A stretch of 64,000 nt of DNA from Chrysomallon squamiferum (Eukaryota > Animalia > Mollusca), in assembly GCA_012295275.1 (NCBI GenBank), contig CM022670.1, positions 620,001 through 684,000 on the forward strand, written 5' to 3'. This document shows, piece after piece, positions 27,809-43,291 of the stretch. Position numbers and translations under genes: made by a program. Within the stretch, counting starts at the first letter, position 1. Each line of letters starts with the position of its first letter. A model generated the notes under the pieces. It was not told the DNA's origin. It did no database searches and worked only from the letters and a program-made list of their open reading frames with translations.

Positions 27809-30800
27809 ATTCTCCAGCATTTTTGTTTGTTTTTAACTAAAAACACTAATTATCTGCCCCTGACAGTTACTGCGACATGGCTTGTTTTGTGAGTAATGTT
27901 GTAACATTTAACAATGAAATGATCATGGAGAATTTAAAGGTTCACTGGAATTATGTTGTTAAATTTTACTAATAGAACAGTTTAATTAAATATTATGAAC
28001 CTAAGCAAGTGAGTATTTGTTAATTTATTATTGTTTTATTATTATTTATAAGTATTTATTATTATTTTTTTTTTTTTTAAATATTATTAATTAAAATTAT
28101 TATTTTTTTGAATATTAATAAAAACAAAAATGTAATTTTTGACCTGGAAAAACTGAATTTTTTATTTTTAAACCTAATCCATATTAAATAAAAAAAATTT
28201 GAACAATTATGTGACAAAGTGTGTTATGCACCTCTAGGAATAAATCGATGATTCTGTGCCACTTCTTCAGCTCATTTTTGTATTAATAATAATCTTCTTT
28301 TTTTTTTTTTTTTTTTTTGAAGTCATAACAGAAACCCACAATCACCTGTTTTAATTAACATTACCTGTCTTCTGTACAAAGTTTGAAACTATAATAATAA
28401 ATAAAACTCATCACATTAATTAATATTAATAACCGCAAAATTATACACGTTATAATTCCAACCATGTCAGCAGTGTTATTAAACTGTACATTTTTAAAAT
28501 TGTAATTATAAAAAAAAAAATGTGCTATTAATCTCTATATTAAATATTAAAAGAGACAGAAGTTCTGTACTGATAGTACAGACAGATACTTATAAACAAA
28601 TTACTGACTTGGGAGGGGAGGGATCATTGTGCTGTAAGCTCCAACCTCATTACCTCAGTTTCAGGGATTGAAATTTACCAGTCTAGTACAAAATCCTTCC
28701 TAAAGTAATTTTTTAACATTATTATTATTATTATTATTATTTTTGTATTAAGGATTTCTGTTTGTACCAAAAGAAAACAATGCATACATCTCCATTAAAA
28801 AAAAGTATTTTATTGTCTTTATTGTATTACTTTAAAAAAATTAAGCACAAAAAACTAAATAATGTACAATAAGCATAGTAAAATAACATATTGAGATCAC
28901 AAATGTAAAATATTAATATATATTGTTTATAAGAAATTGAAAACAGAATCTATAGTTACATCTTCTGTCCCATCTGCGTTACCAAACCATGTTTGCAAAC
29001 AAATGCTTAACATTGAAAACATGCCAAACATAAAAAACAACACCAAACTTGTATTTCACCTTGTTGATTAAACAGCTATATACAAAGTATTTGTTTCACA
29101 AATTTATTGTTTTATATGGCCCAGACAATTAAATGTGTTTGGCACCCAACAAAAACCAAACTTTGTTTTCTGACCCAGGTAGCGAAATATGTTTGGCACC
29201 ATACAAACCAAAATATATCACCAATAAGCATTTGTAGTCTTGGATGCAAACTAAAGTTTGGTATATAAATAGCCTTGTATAGACATACAATGTAAGACAT
29301 AATTATTTCTACATATGAATTAAAGATAATATGGAAAACATACATATATTAGTTTTATTTTGCATAGCATTTTATTTGGAGGAGAATGGCTGTAGTCATG
29401 GTTATGTATGCTAGACTGAAAACAATGTTAATGTTTTCTATGACATTTTATGTAAAATAAGTATTAAACTAATGATTTTAGTGAATCTGTGAACAGTCCG
29501 TCCTTGGGATTAGTATCCTGACCATTCTGCCTTTAGTCAACAAGTGTAAAAATGCAACAAAGACTGAATACTAGCATTTTGATAATAATAATACTGTCAA
29601 ATATAATTATTATATCCAAAGATGGAAAAATTAATTATAATGTAACACTAAATAAAATTTACTAGATATAATAAGATCCATTTTGTCAACAAAAATATTA
29701 TATAATAAATTACAATTATTGTTGATGAAACACATGAGAAGATAATTTATCTTTTTGTTACGTTTGCTTTTTTAATTATTAGTCCCTGCCCTTAAAAAAT
29801 AAAGAAAAGAAAAGAAAAAGAAAACAGATAAAGATATACCATGTTGTCCTTTAAAAAAAATATATTAAAAATTATAATAATAAATAAATAAATATATAAT
29901 ATAATAAATATAAAAAATAATAATAAATAAATAAATATATAATATAATAAATATAAAAAATAATAATAAATAAAAACATCATTGGTGGTTATATGTTTTT
30001 CTTCATGCACCAAATCTCACTAATACATAAAGATATAGTGAAAACAGACATCGATTTCTTAAATCCACAGTTATATTCTTATCAAAATAAAATCACAATC
30101 TGTAGTATTAGCCACAGATTTGTTACATTACTGGAATAGATTAATAATCCCTGGTATTTAATCATTACTTAATAACAGAAGTAATAATAATAATAATAAT
30201 AACTATCAGTCTATGCTTTGTTGTTTTTTAAGAACACATTCACGTTCACAGAGTATTACTGACTTGTGTAAGTCAATTAAGTTATGAATTTTATTTTTTA
30301 TTTTTTTATTTTGTTTTACGAGTGTTTAATCCATTCCATTTTGAAAATAATGGCTGAAGATATGATTCATCAGAGATAATAAATATATAAAAGATGACCT
30401 ATGACCTTGCCCTATCATTTTGGAGTTTTAATGCAGTTGATGATAAATGGCAGGAAAAGCGATAGTGAAAAAAGATAACAATAAACATTGTTTCAAAGTA
30501 GAAATCTAAAGATATTTAAGCCATTATAGTCATATATCAATCTGGCAAAATCAGATAAGGCAGTTAATTTAACAGAAAAATATCAAATGTACTCAGTATT
30601 GCATTAAATTACATTCTCTGTGTTAGGCCTATGAAATAAATTATATTCATGTTTAAATCCTGCTGATATTATGGTTGTTGTATTATTGTTGTTGTTCATA
30701 AGTAGTTTTTTCCTGTTCAATGTTATTCTTACAAATAAATGACATTTCTTCGTTTCAGTGACCAATATTGCAACACAATATGAAAATAAAAAACAATACA

Positions 30801-30934
30801 AAAATTAATCATTTTAAAGTTACAACAGTTTTGAGCTGAAATGTAGCTGCGAAGACAAACAATCAAAATATGGACTACACTTTAAAAAACTAACTTTTGA
30901 AGGAAAACGTCTGGACAGTTTAAAAGGACCGAAT

Positions 30935-31052
<118 letters not shown>

Positions 31053-31390
31053 TGAAAGGTGTAATTACTGTAATAAGGGCTCTTTTCGTTTTGTGGGAAG
31101 TTAAATTCGTACCTAATATTGATCCTAATTACCAACTTTTAATACATTTTCACCCATTCAGACTGTAAAACATTTAGTTGTAACTTTAAACAATAACAGA
31201 TACCTAAATCAACCTCTTGCAACATGACTATTATTATTAAGGCAGAATACATTTTATTTGAATATATCTAAAATACATGTATTTTATTGTTTTTCGAACT
31301 GTCGAACAAGCAGAAGAAAAAAGAAGGAAAATACATCGGATGCATAGTTCAGAGCGGCTATGACCACAGTAGGTCCTGGATTTAAAAAAA

Positions 31391-31490
<100 letters not shown>

Positions 31491-32194
31491 AAAAAAAACA
31501 AATCAAATAAATAAAGTAAAGTAGGCGTCTTTCCAGCAGTAACCGCTAACAGTAGCCACCCAGTACTGAACCCATGACACTTCGGGGCGTACATCAGTTC
31601 AACATATTTGCAGAGTAGTATCAGAGAGGTCAATACACTTACCACTTAGCGTCATCGTCAGACAAAAGAGTGCTTTTAAGACAGCTATTAAAACTTATTG
31701 CGTTTCCAAGTATATTTATTTCGGCACTCAATTCATATTCATTTGTCTGAACAAGTTCCGAGCTATTTCCACTGGTGTCGTCTGAAACGCGATGCACTAT
31801 TTAACGTATGCGGAGTAAATTGTTCAAATTGTTCTTATTATCAGACGTTCACCGCCTACGGATTTTCCCTTTTTTTAATTTTTTGTGCTTCTCCCCACTC
31901 AGATCATCCAGAAAATTTAGCTGAAATTCACAAACTCGCATGTTTTGTCTAAACTATCTGCACAGTTTCGTTTAAACCAAGTCAGACGATAATTTGTACC
32001 ATTTAAATAATAATAATAAAAAAAATATATATGGTTTTCCGAATAAGGTAATTTTTTTCAGAGAACTGGGTATATTAGAAGCCTACAGAGTACATTTAAG
32101 TTGACAATTTTTTTATTATCATTATTTGGAAATCTTTTTTTCTTTCTTTCTTTCGTGTATGTGTGTTACAGAGTGTGTGTAGACTGTCGAGTTT

Positions 32195-32230
<36 letters not shown>

Positions 32231-32387
32231 CTTACTTTTTCTGTTTATGAGATTGTTATTAAATGCGTTTGAAACATTTGCCGGAAAAATCCATTTCCTT
32301 CCAAATTCTGATTCGTCAAAACAGTACATTTTGAGCAGAAGAGTTTCATCCGCCATTATCGTAACACGTAAGTTATCTTCCGTGCAA

Positions 32388-32745
32388 TCATTTTAAATAA
32401 ATTGAGTTCACTGAAATAAATAGAAAAAAAAAGTTAACGCTATTTTATTAAACGTGAATAGTTGTTTTAGGTATTTTAAATTAGTAATAAATAAATAAAT
32501 AAATAATAACAATAATAATAATAATAATAATAGAATCTGTTCGTCATATTTGTAATTTCGTAAGTACTGGACATCAAGTAACAACGGAACAACCAAATAT
32601 TACATTATGTTTACTTTGAAATGAAATAATAATAATAATGATGATGATGATGATAACAATGGTAATGATGATGTCATACTTGGGGAGAGTTCTTTGATGT
32701 ATTTTATTTTATTTATTTAAAATTATTTTTGTTTTTATTATTATT

Positions 32746-32779
<34 letters not shown>

Positions 32780-33728
32780 TGTTTTGTTGTTGTTGTAGTT
32801 ATAGCGCGAGTGTGTTGTTTTACGATAAAAATTAAAAAAAGGCTGCTTACCTTGATAATGCATATCGCGTTCCATCGTGCATAACCGTGACTGAAAGAGA
32901 GCAGTAATAAACAATTTTGATTGGAACTAAACGTGATTACACATATCAAAACAAGCACCACTGAGTAATTAGTCAGTCGTGCGTACTTCCCACACTCTGT
33001 GCCCACCAGATTCCCCGAATAAAGCTCCACTAATATCTTTGAGTGAAAAAAAAAAAAAAAATAAAAAAAAAAAAAAGGTTATAAATAAATCGAAATAATT
33101 TAATTTAGATTAGAAACATATGTTAATAACTGTTTATCAAATTATCAAACATACACTACTGTGAAGTGAACAAATGTCTGCAAAACATTCTAGATTAAAT
33201 TAAGCCAGGAATTTATGTTTTTAGACATTGCAAAGTTTCTGTGCATATCTTATAATTACTTAATATTATGATGGTGGTAATTTATTATTTCTTAGTACTC
33301 AACGAGTGATTAAATGATGAAGAAGTGTTATCTTCTGTGGGTTGATAGTTAGTATTGGGTGTGCATGACATCACATACCCGTCTTTTAAAGTTGATGTTT
33401 GTCCTGATCACTCTGTGGTTTAAAGGCATCAGCGGACGGGCGTTGATTTCCAGGGGCAGTTCTGGATTATTTTCTCTGCCATTGTACAGCACCCTTAGAG
33501 CAGATAACTAGAAGTGACACAGAAATGTTAGCAGCATAAGATAAAGCTTCAGCAAAACAATAACACCAACGTCACCACCACCAACACTTAATAATAATGA
33601 TGTGGTGGTGGAGATGTTGATTGTGATGATCACAAAAGAAATGGTCCAAAGCCAAATAATTTAGTTTTACCAGCTACGCACTGAGTATGAAAAAGAGACC
33701 CAGATCTGAACTATATAAAATTAACTCC

Positions 33729-33772
<44 letters not shown>

Positions 33773-35466
33773 GTAAATAAATAAATAAATAAAATTCTCT
33801 CTTTCGATTTTAAAACTTCGACTAGGATTTATAAATGATGAAAGTGGTACTGATACACAAAGAAATCTGCATGCATTTCTTTTTATTATTATTATGGTTT
33901 TTCTTTTTTTTTTTTTTTTTTTTTTAATTATTTTTTGTCATACTTAGAAAGGAACTCGAAAACAATTCAGTAATGACTCATTCACATGATGCAAGTACAG
34001 TGGGTTTTTTGCTGTTTTTTTTTTTTCAACGAACGTTACGATAAAAAAAAAAAGGCTCGGATTTAAAACATCCGTGCTTTTAGTGCGTTCGACTTAAACT
34101 CGTTTTTTTTTTTTGGCAGCATAACTTTTATACGTAAAACACAACAGCAGCGACAATTAGAGAGTCTAAATCCATAAGCAATAACGTTAGCCCATATTAG
34201 TTTCTCAGCAAAACTCTGAATTAAGCCGCGGCGTTTACACACAATTTAACACAATTTCCCGATTCCTTAAATTCATTATTGATTTAAGATTGAATTATTG
34301 CCATTTATCCAAACAAATCTGGGATCAAACCATTCTTTCGACCAAACTGAAGCATCTCTACAATTGAAAGGGTAATTAACCGTAGCCCGCTAGCGAGGTT
34401 CGCCTTGAGAAGTTCGTTTCCATTGATCTGCATCTTCAAACCAAGAAGAACGCCAGCGCTTGCCTCGCCATGATAAAATACGGGCGACGTGATTGTTGAG
34501 AAAGATTCTCGTGTGACAGAAAACTAGCCGCGGTGTCGCTGTGATGACGTCAGAGGACAACACGAGTAAATCATCAGGAAAGCGAGAAAAGACCGCGCAG
34601 TGAGAACGCGCCAGAACGTGCGGGCAGGCACTAAATAAAAAAAAATAATCCCGCGACTCGGTTGTTGCCTGTCACTGACTAAATGATGATGGAGAAGAAT
34701 TACACTTCACGACATGAAATGGTTTGTGATTACAACCTTTTTCGTGATTTCATCAAAAAAAACAACACCAAAAAACCACGAAAGAAAGAAAGAACGAAAA
34801 AAGCACATACAAACAATCTGGTAATTATTTTAAAATAATAACAAAAATAAAATAAAAACCAACGACGACGACAACAATAATTATAATAATAATAACTAAT
34901 AATGACAGCAATAACAATAAGTATAATAACCACAACAATAACAATAACAATAAATATAATAACCACAACAATAACAATAACAATAATTATAACAATACAC
35001 AAATGAAATACGTGTGTTTGTGTGTATATGTATGTTTAAACATCCAAACAACAATAAAATAAAATGGTATGTTACAGACGTACGTAAATAATTCTTGTGT
35101 ATTGATTAGTAAGTAGAAATAACATACACATTTCACCTAATTATGTACACGGGTATGTAGAGACACATACGCCATACTTTATTATTAAAAAATTGAGAAC
35201 TTGAATAAAACAGATAAAAAGACTATATACTTTCTCCAGTCTTCAAAATGCTACCAGTTAAATATAATTTTCGATGTCAGTTTACCTAAAGATGCAAAGT
35301 GAGTGCATAAAGGTCATGTAGTGTGGGTAAGAAAAACTCCAGTAGAAGAAATATCTAATATTTAATGCACATAGCATTTTGAATAAAAAATAGGAAAACT
35401 GGTAATATGAAAGATTTAATATATATTTTACTACTACTACTAAAAATAATAATAATAATGATAATC

Positions 35467-35523
<57 letters not shown>

Positions 35524-36025
35524 TGAATAAAACATTTTTGTTTATCTGACACTTGATACAGATCAAAGAATAAAATAAATAAATAAATAAATAAATAAAT
35601 AAAAAAAAGAAAAAAAAAGAAAGGAAAGCTGGTGAAATTTTAAATTTAATATTTAAAACTCTTTATTAAACATCTATTATTACGTAATACGTTACCTGCT
35701 GTTTAGAAATATATATAGGTTTGTTGAGAATAAGCCACGTGACTGTTTCCTGGCAACCAGGTTGGGTCAATGACCCATCGTACGTTATATAATTGTCCGT
35801 TTTAGGTAACAGTTGTTCCAAAGCCAGGTGATGTACGTGAGACATGGAACCTGGAGAGAATTCATTAATATTAAAAAAATTACGTTTGCTGGTTTTTAAA
35901 ATGAGTAGTTTTTATAATAAAAATGCTAAATATACAGATAATGATTATTATAAATCGTGATTTAAAACATATTTGAAAATCAACAATTGATAGGTAAAAC
36001 CAGCTATAAATATACTGAATTATGG

Positions 36026-36085
<60 letters not shown>

Positions 36086-36207
36086 TCGACTTACCTTTCT
36101 TTCTTAATCGTTTTAATTCTTTGGATATTAAATAAAATGCTTTATTTGTTTCCTTCGCAATCTGAAATGAAATAAGAACAGATAATAATAATAATAATAA
36201 TAATAAC

Positions 36208-36254
<47 letters not shown>

Positions 36255-36642
36255 TGTTTAAAATAATTATTTTCAGTTAAGTTGTATTAATATATTAATG
36301 TCATAATTTATATTTTTAGATTTTGTATTAGGACGTTTTTGTTGTATTAATTATTACTCAATAGTTATATCATCATTAATCAAGTTAATTTGTGTTTATT
36401 TATTTATTATTTATTAATTAATTAATTTATTTATTTATTTCAGGTTTTTTTAAACTGATTATTTCTGTTACCTTCAATGTGATAAACTAAAGTTATCATA
36501 TTTTTATCTAATATCATACTCACTTCCATAAACACTGCTACTATTGCAAGTCCTTTGTTACCAAAAGCAGCCATAGAAACGTTGTTATACAGATCCAGAT
36601 TGTATGCGATAACGTGCATCTGAAATATATAAAATAAATACT

Positions 36643-36676
<34 letters not shown>

Positions 36677-38328
36677 TAATAATAATAAACCATTAACAAC
36701 TTCAGTGCCAATTTGTTTTGTTTTGTTTTATGTTATTTTATTTTATTTTATTTTATTTATTTATTTATTTCGATATACAGATATCACTAATTGGTAATTA
36801 TTTCATTACAAATGGATTATTGTCACAAAACCAGTGATGTTTTGAGTTTTACGTCATTGTATAGTTTGACAAACGATTGAGTCAATATGATTCACTGACG
36901 TTTTAATGTTTTACCTAATTAAAAACTAACGTAACATTTGTTACGCGCTTCAAATGTTGACGTCTGCTTTCATTGGTAAAAATGAACACAGAGTCACTCA
37001 CGATGATTTGATGTATTTCTTTATCACTTTTTTAAAGCTTGTAAAATCTTCTTAATATTAAAGTGAATATTTGCAAAGTTTTCAAATTATAAAGAATGGC
37101 AATTTGCTACTAAGACTCTTTGATATTTGAATAAATTTATTAATATATAAAATGAATGAATTGTGCCATTTCCCTTCGTCGCTACATATTTCAGATTTTC
37201 TCTGTCGTATATGACTCTGCCTCCGTTTTTCTCTAATTTTCAAGTATAGAAAAATATTTATTTATCTCTTCATCTCTATAAACCAAATAGTTAAATACGC
37301 CAGCGTTGATAAATAGATAACTTTTTTTTTTTTTATGTCTTTATCTCTAAATATTGCACAAATAAATTATTTTTATTGCCATAACTGTCAAAAGTGTACA
37401 ATATTATTTATATTTATTTCTTTAGACTTTCATCCGTTAAAAATATATATCTGTTTTATTTCGTTTATTCTTTTACAAAATGAACGCAAATTTCATAGCA
37501 AATAAACATTTACTGAGCCTAGCAAAGTTTGGGTAATGTTCAGTACACGTCAGCACTATACCATATCACAACTTTTCATTAAAGAGAATGTCAAGTTTGA
37601 TATGAAAATATCTCTGTCTGTTAAAAAGATCGATAAGGAATGCCGCTCACTGTAACACAAATTGAAGATATGTTTTTGTAACGAGACCCAGGCACGCATG
37701 CGCACTCGAGGAAATGCACTCGTCATCTCAAGTGTTTGGCGGTGATTCAATTTACAAATTGTGTTTGAATTTTTGTTTGGTCTGATAGCCGGCCGATTGC
37801 TCACTTGGTTGAACGAATTACCCCAGCTGTTGACTTAAAGACGTTTGTTCAGATTGCAGTGTATTTTGTCAGGTTTACTCGATGCATGTCGAATACGTTT
37901 AGTGTACAGCTCCGAAGAATTTATTTTTTTGCCTTCTTAAGTGGAAAACGCATCATTCGTTCACTGATATTTTTTCCTGTTTCTGTACTTTAAAATTATT
38001 ACTGTGCTTCTTTCTTACTTCTTTCCTTTCGCTTATCATTTGTTGTTGTTGTTGTTATTTATTTATTTATTTATTGTAATTTCATTACAAAAATAAACAA
38101 AGTACAAAAGATGTAACGAAACTGTGACACAGATTAGCATTCCCCGTACAAGTCGACAAACCACTGCTTAATTGATTTTTCACTAACATTTACATCTTTT
38201 CTTAAGTCGATAAATGATATTTTTTTTCCATTGTGGAATGTGTAATACACGTTAAATATTGCACGTAAAATATTAAATTTTGTTCCAAGTGTAGTGTGCA
38301 ATATACGATATATATTGAACGTAATCTA

Positions 38329-38363
<35 letters not shown>

Positions 38364-41300
38364 CCCATTGTGGAGGTTGCAATAAAGGATATATATAATG
38401 ACGCGCTGTGCGGTACTAATATCTGAATGTTTAGACTAAACTGGTCCCAGTGGCTGTCGTCAGAATGTTGCACAGACGTTAACGTGTTGATAAGGTTAAT
38501 TTGTTAAACTTATGTTTCCCTGAAATCAAAATGTCAGATCCATTACAGATACCAGGATTGTATCTGCGTCGTGTACACAGACAGAGAACAAACACGACAT
38601 CCTTGGGGATCGCGGTTTATTTCTTGTGAAGCTATTCAGCGTTTAGATCTCTTTAGCGTTTAATATCGTTAAAAAAATGTTATTGTGCCGATATAAATAC
38701 TAGAATAATTTCGTAATAAAAAAGACGTGATGATGTGATTAAATTACGACCAGCATTCGTAAAACCTATTAATGTTTAGATTAACGTCTGTTAAAGTTCA
38801 TAAAACCTTGCAGTAATACAATTGATTTAAACATTTTATATTTCTTTATAGAGCTGTATTTTTTTCTTCTATGTCGGACTACACTATACGTCTTAATTAA
38901 TTTCTAGCAGGAACCTTGGCTTCTCCTGAGATGCTATAAGCAGAAGCAGAAACTTCTACTGGCAAAGTTCTCTGGATCACCAATCCCTCATTGTGTCATG
39001 AAATGGACCAATTGTATACCCATAAGTAAAGCATACTTGCACAGTATACTTTTAAAACTACTTTCTAACATATTTGTAATATACAAGTAAAACAAATATC
39101 CTAGAAAACAAATCAACCCAAATGTGAGTGTTTTATGTGTGGTAGTGACATAAATGAAATGTATTTTTCTTCAAATAGGGTGTTTACTGAAACTGTGAAA
39201 TGTTTTCAAATGGTAAATTGTCAGAGGCGTTTTTGTTTTTAAGCTTCATTCACTTATTTACTTGATCAGTGTTACAGTTGTGTCTTTGTGTGTCACACAT
39301 CAAAAGTCTGACATCAAAGACGTTTCAACCTTTGCCCCGAGTGTGACGAACAGAGGAGTGGTTTGTATTCAGACTGCTAGCGCAACACATCGAACATCGT
39401 TCAGTGTGTACATCACCCTTTTTAACGATCCTCTAAACTGAACAAATGTCCCCATCTTGCACAGCTGTCGTTTATGTTACTTCGTGAAAGGCCATTTTAT
39501 TCTGATAAACTTCCAAACAGTAATACAAAACAGACGGACGGATAAACGATTTCACTTCATACAGAAGATTACATCTTATCGCAAATCAAAAGTGCTTGTG
39601 TATCATTCGTTTTATCAAACAACATTTAGTCGTTCTGTGCTCAGCTGCCTCGTTGTCAAACTGACAAGGGGCGGAGCCGCGGGGCCTCTGTGATCAAACA
39701 GCAGCCAAAAGCATCTCGCAGGGGCCACAGTGGCATCGATCCGGCGCTTTCTTATGTGTAATTGCACTCCGCTTTGATTAAATACACCGCAGATCTGAAG
39801 ATAGCCGCTCCAAGGAACGGCCAGCTCAAACGTTACAGTTGACAAATAACCGAAATCTTGCGATAAATCAGAGGTCAGAAACTCTCGGAAAATAAATCAC
39901 AACTCGCTGTGCTTTAGATCATCTTCACAGCAGCCTAATGTTTAATACGCAGTCGATTTTGTTAGTTTAAACAGCAGATAAAAATTCATGGTTAGTCACG
40001 CATGTATATATGATTCAACATGTATATGTGCGTATGCGCTAATTATTATTGGAAGATTTTTAGTGAAAATAATTATCTTTCCTTCTCACCACTGCTCTTT
40101 TCGTACTCTCCTAAGTACTTTGTGATTGGCTGCTACGCCTGATGTATGCAAACCAGCAATTAGCTAATGATCTAATAAATACAAGCTTAACCAGATTTGG
40201 TTTTATTTGTCGATTTGTCCTTATCATTCAGTAAATAATTCCGAATCAAATTTTGTCATATTTGCAAATAAAGATTTGATGGTGTGTAAGTTTTATAGAT
40301 GAATAATATAAAGTAAAATAAACATTAGACCAAAAATGCTTCCCTTAGGTCTGTCTGCTTTCCTGGGAATGTGTTTTGAACACTTTGTCATTCGTCTGTC
40401 AAATGAGTTTTGTGCAAATGCAACTCTCGTGTCAGGCTATTGCATCAACGTCAGCGTGACGTGAAATGACCGTTTCTCAGGTCAGCGAAAACCTATTAAT
40501 TACCACAGAAAAAAAATGAGAAAGTTCAAATGATGTGAAAAAGAATGATTGTTTGCAAAAAGAAATTCGATAGGAAAATTTCAGTTTTTAGAAATTGTAA
40601 ACAAACGTGGGAAGCTTTCAACGATTTTAAACTTTCACGACATCGCAGTTTCAAAATGTCTTAAAATTACGTTTACATTACAAATTGTAACATAAAAAAC
40701 TGATCCTATTTGACAATGTTTATTTAATTTAACTTAATATAATTTAATATGACTTCATTTAATTTAATTTAATTTAATTTAATTTAATTTTATTTTATTT
40801 TATTTAATTTTATTTAATTTTATTTTATTTATAAAAAAATTAAATACTTTATTTTAGGATAAATAAATGCAATATCAAGCATTAAGCCGCTTTCAAAGTC
40901 TGCTGTATAAACTGAAACGGAATCAAATATAACTGAAAGGTTATTAACTTACTCAAGCTATGTTTTGCCAACAACGATAAATTTGATTTACACTTTGGTA
41001 TATTTACTTGAACAAGAAACGTAATTAGTCTGCGCTGTATAAATAACGCTGTATGATTATATTGATTTTAAAAGGAATACTCATCACTGTACGTAATATT
41101 CGGGTCTGTCTGTCTGAAACCGTGTTGACGTAACCAGAATTAATGTGGATAGCAACATGTTTTAATGAAAATAGATTTGATGTAAATCATGGACAGAGTT
41201 AGGTTAATCAAAATCAAAAAATAAAGTGTCACGGGTATTTCGAGATTCATGTGCGAGTTTTGAAGATAACAATAATGAAACAGAAGTGAGAATAATAGTC

Positions 41301-41412
41301 ATTGTTTTGTAAAACTAAGGAAACCAACAAAACCATTACCAACGCCAGCAACAACAACAGCAGTAACAGCAACAACAATAATAATAATAAAAAAAAAAAA
41401 AAATAGTAGTAG

Positions 41413-41444
<32 letters not shown>

Positions 41445-42194
41445 CACATTAAAGACCCTTAAAGAAAGGAAGAAAATATATATATATATATATAATTATA
41501 AGGCTGAATTATTCTACAGCCGAAATTAAGAATAATTAATCTACAACATGGTAATACAAATTTAAAAGAAATAAAAATAAAAATGAGCTTGAATGAAACT
41601 AGCATCAGTAACTCGGTTATGTAAGGACTACGAGCTTTAGGGCTCGCGTCTTTGTTGCAGTTACTTAATTTAATTTAAGGTTTAATTTAAGATGACCACT
41701 GGGATTCTTTCTAACATTCCACTAAATCTCGGAATTAACCCTGTTACTGCCAAGGACAGATAACCACTGCTCTTCCAGTCTGTTAAGATTTAGACGTGCT
41801 TTCATCGCACCTCGGTTTTATTAACGGTTTAGTTCTCTCAGTCACAAAGCCTGTATTGATAATATTTTATTATCCCACTTTTAACAACAAACTTCGATAC
41901 GTGAGTAACTGTTAAAATGCTGAGGTCAGAATTCAAAACGAAATTTTCATCTGTCAGACAAGCCTGACAAGAACTTCGGCTCGGGCTATAGATTCTCACA
42001 AAATGCGGACGAAAGTTCTCATCCATAATAATTACTGGTAAAGGGCGTGTTATGAATAGTGACAGGATTGTGACATATTACGTCGAGAAGCATAAATTTT
42101 CATTTTCATTTTGCTAAGTTGTTATGTCTGTAGACTTGACAGTGAATGTAGGCTTAGGTCCAAAATATTCTCAAATAATAATAATTGTATTTAA

Positions 42195-42287
<93 letters not shown>

Positions 42288-42338
42288 AATAAATAAATAA
42301 TAAATGAAAATAATAATATAAAAATTAATAAAAATTAA

Positions 42339-42381
<43 letters not shown>

Positions 42382-43207
42382 AATAAATAAATAAATAAAT
42401 AAATAAATGAAATGAAATGAGACCCTGTTTGGGAAATGTTAATCGTAAGTAATAACAAGAAAGTATTATAAGACTGTGAGACCCGAAGCTTATTTAGCCT
42501 ATGTCAAAATATGGCTTTGATCTAAGTATTTTCTGAAGAAAAAAAAATGAAAAAAATGTCTGTCTCTTTCTGTAGCTGTCATATTTTAACATGGCCTGAT
42601 GTTTAGCAGAAATTCTTTATTTGTTTTATCTTCGACAGATTCCGTTTTTTTAGTTTTCGACTAGTCATTTTGACAGCACCTGACGGAATTAAACGAATTA
42701 TTTATATGTTGTCACACGGGCAGTTTTGATAGTCACGACATTTCGTGAAACCAGCGGTTATCACCGAAGGGTTAAAAGAAGGGGAAAAAAAAGTTTAAAT
42801 AACATGCAAAGTAACCTTTCAAATGTACAAATATGACATTTAAAAACTGTTTCAGAGTTTGAAGAAAACATGCGACATGTCAAATTATATCGAATGTAAG
42901 AATTTATTGAAAAGACGGTGTTTTTCTTGTTTTTTTGTTTTTGTTTTTTTGTTGTTGTTTTTTGTTGGTTTTTTTGTTATGTGCTCGTTCGCTGAGCTAA
43001 AGATACTGATCACGTAATATAAACTGTCAAATATGCGGGGGTTTTCTTGTTGTTTTTTGTTGTTTTTTGTTATGTGCTCGTTCGCTGAGCTAAACATACT
43101 GATCACGTAATACAAACTGTAAAATATGGTAAATATTAAACTTTTCAGCAGTCAAAACCAAGAAAGAGCGAGTGTGTTTATGAAATAGAACGAACTAGTA
43201 TTTGAAT

Positions 43208-43291
<84 letters not shown>

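Noticed and set aside
29115-29280. Harbinger-like MITE relic with repeated tgtttggcacc
   Set aside because: Two short internal repeats are visible, but there are no clear TIRs or TSD.
35744-35758. Strong X-box GTTTCCTGGCAAC
   Set aside because: It lies in a coding exon and is explained by the conserved GCQET codons.
38911-39090. Plus-strand open frame of about 60 codons after an AG in a CA10-like intron
   Set aside because: There is no recognisable protein and no partner exons. It is probably a decayed repeat fragment.
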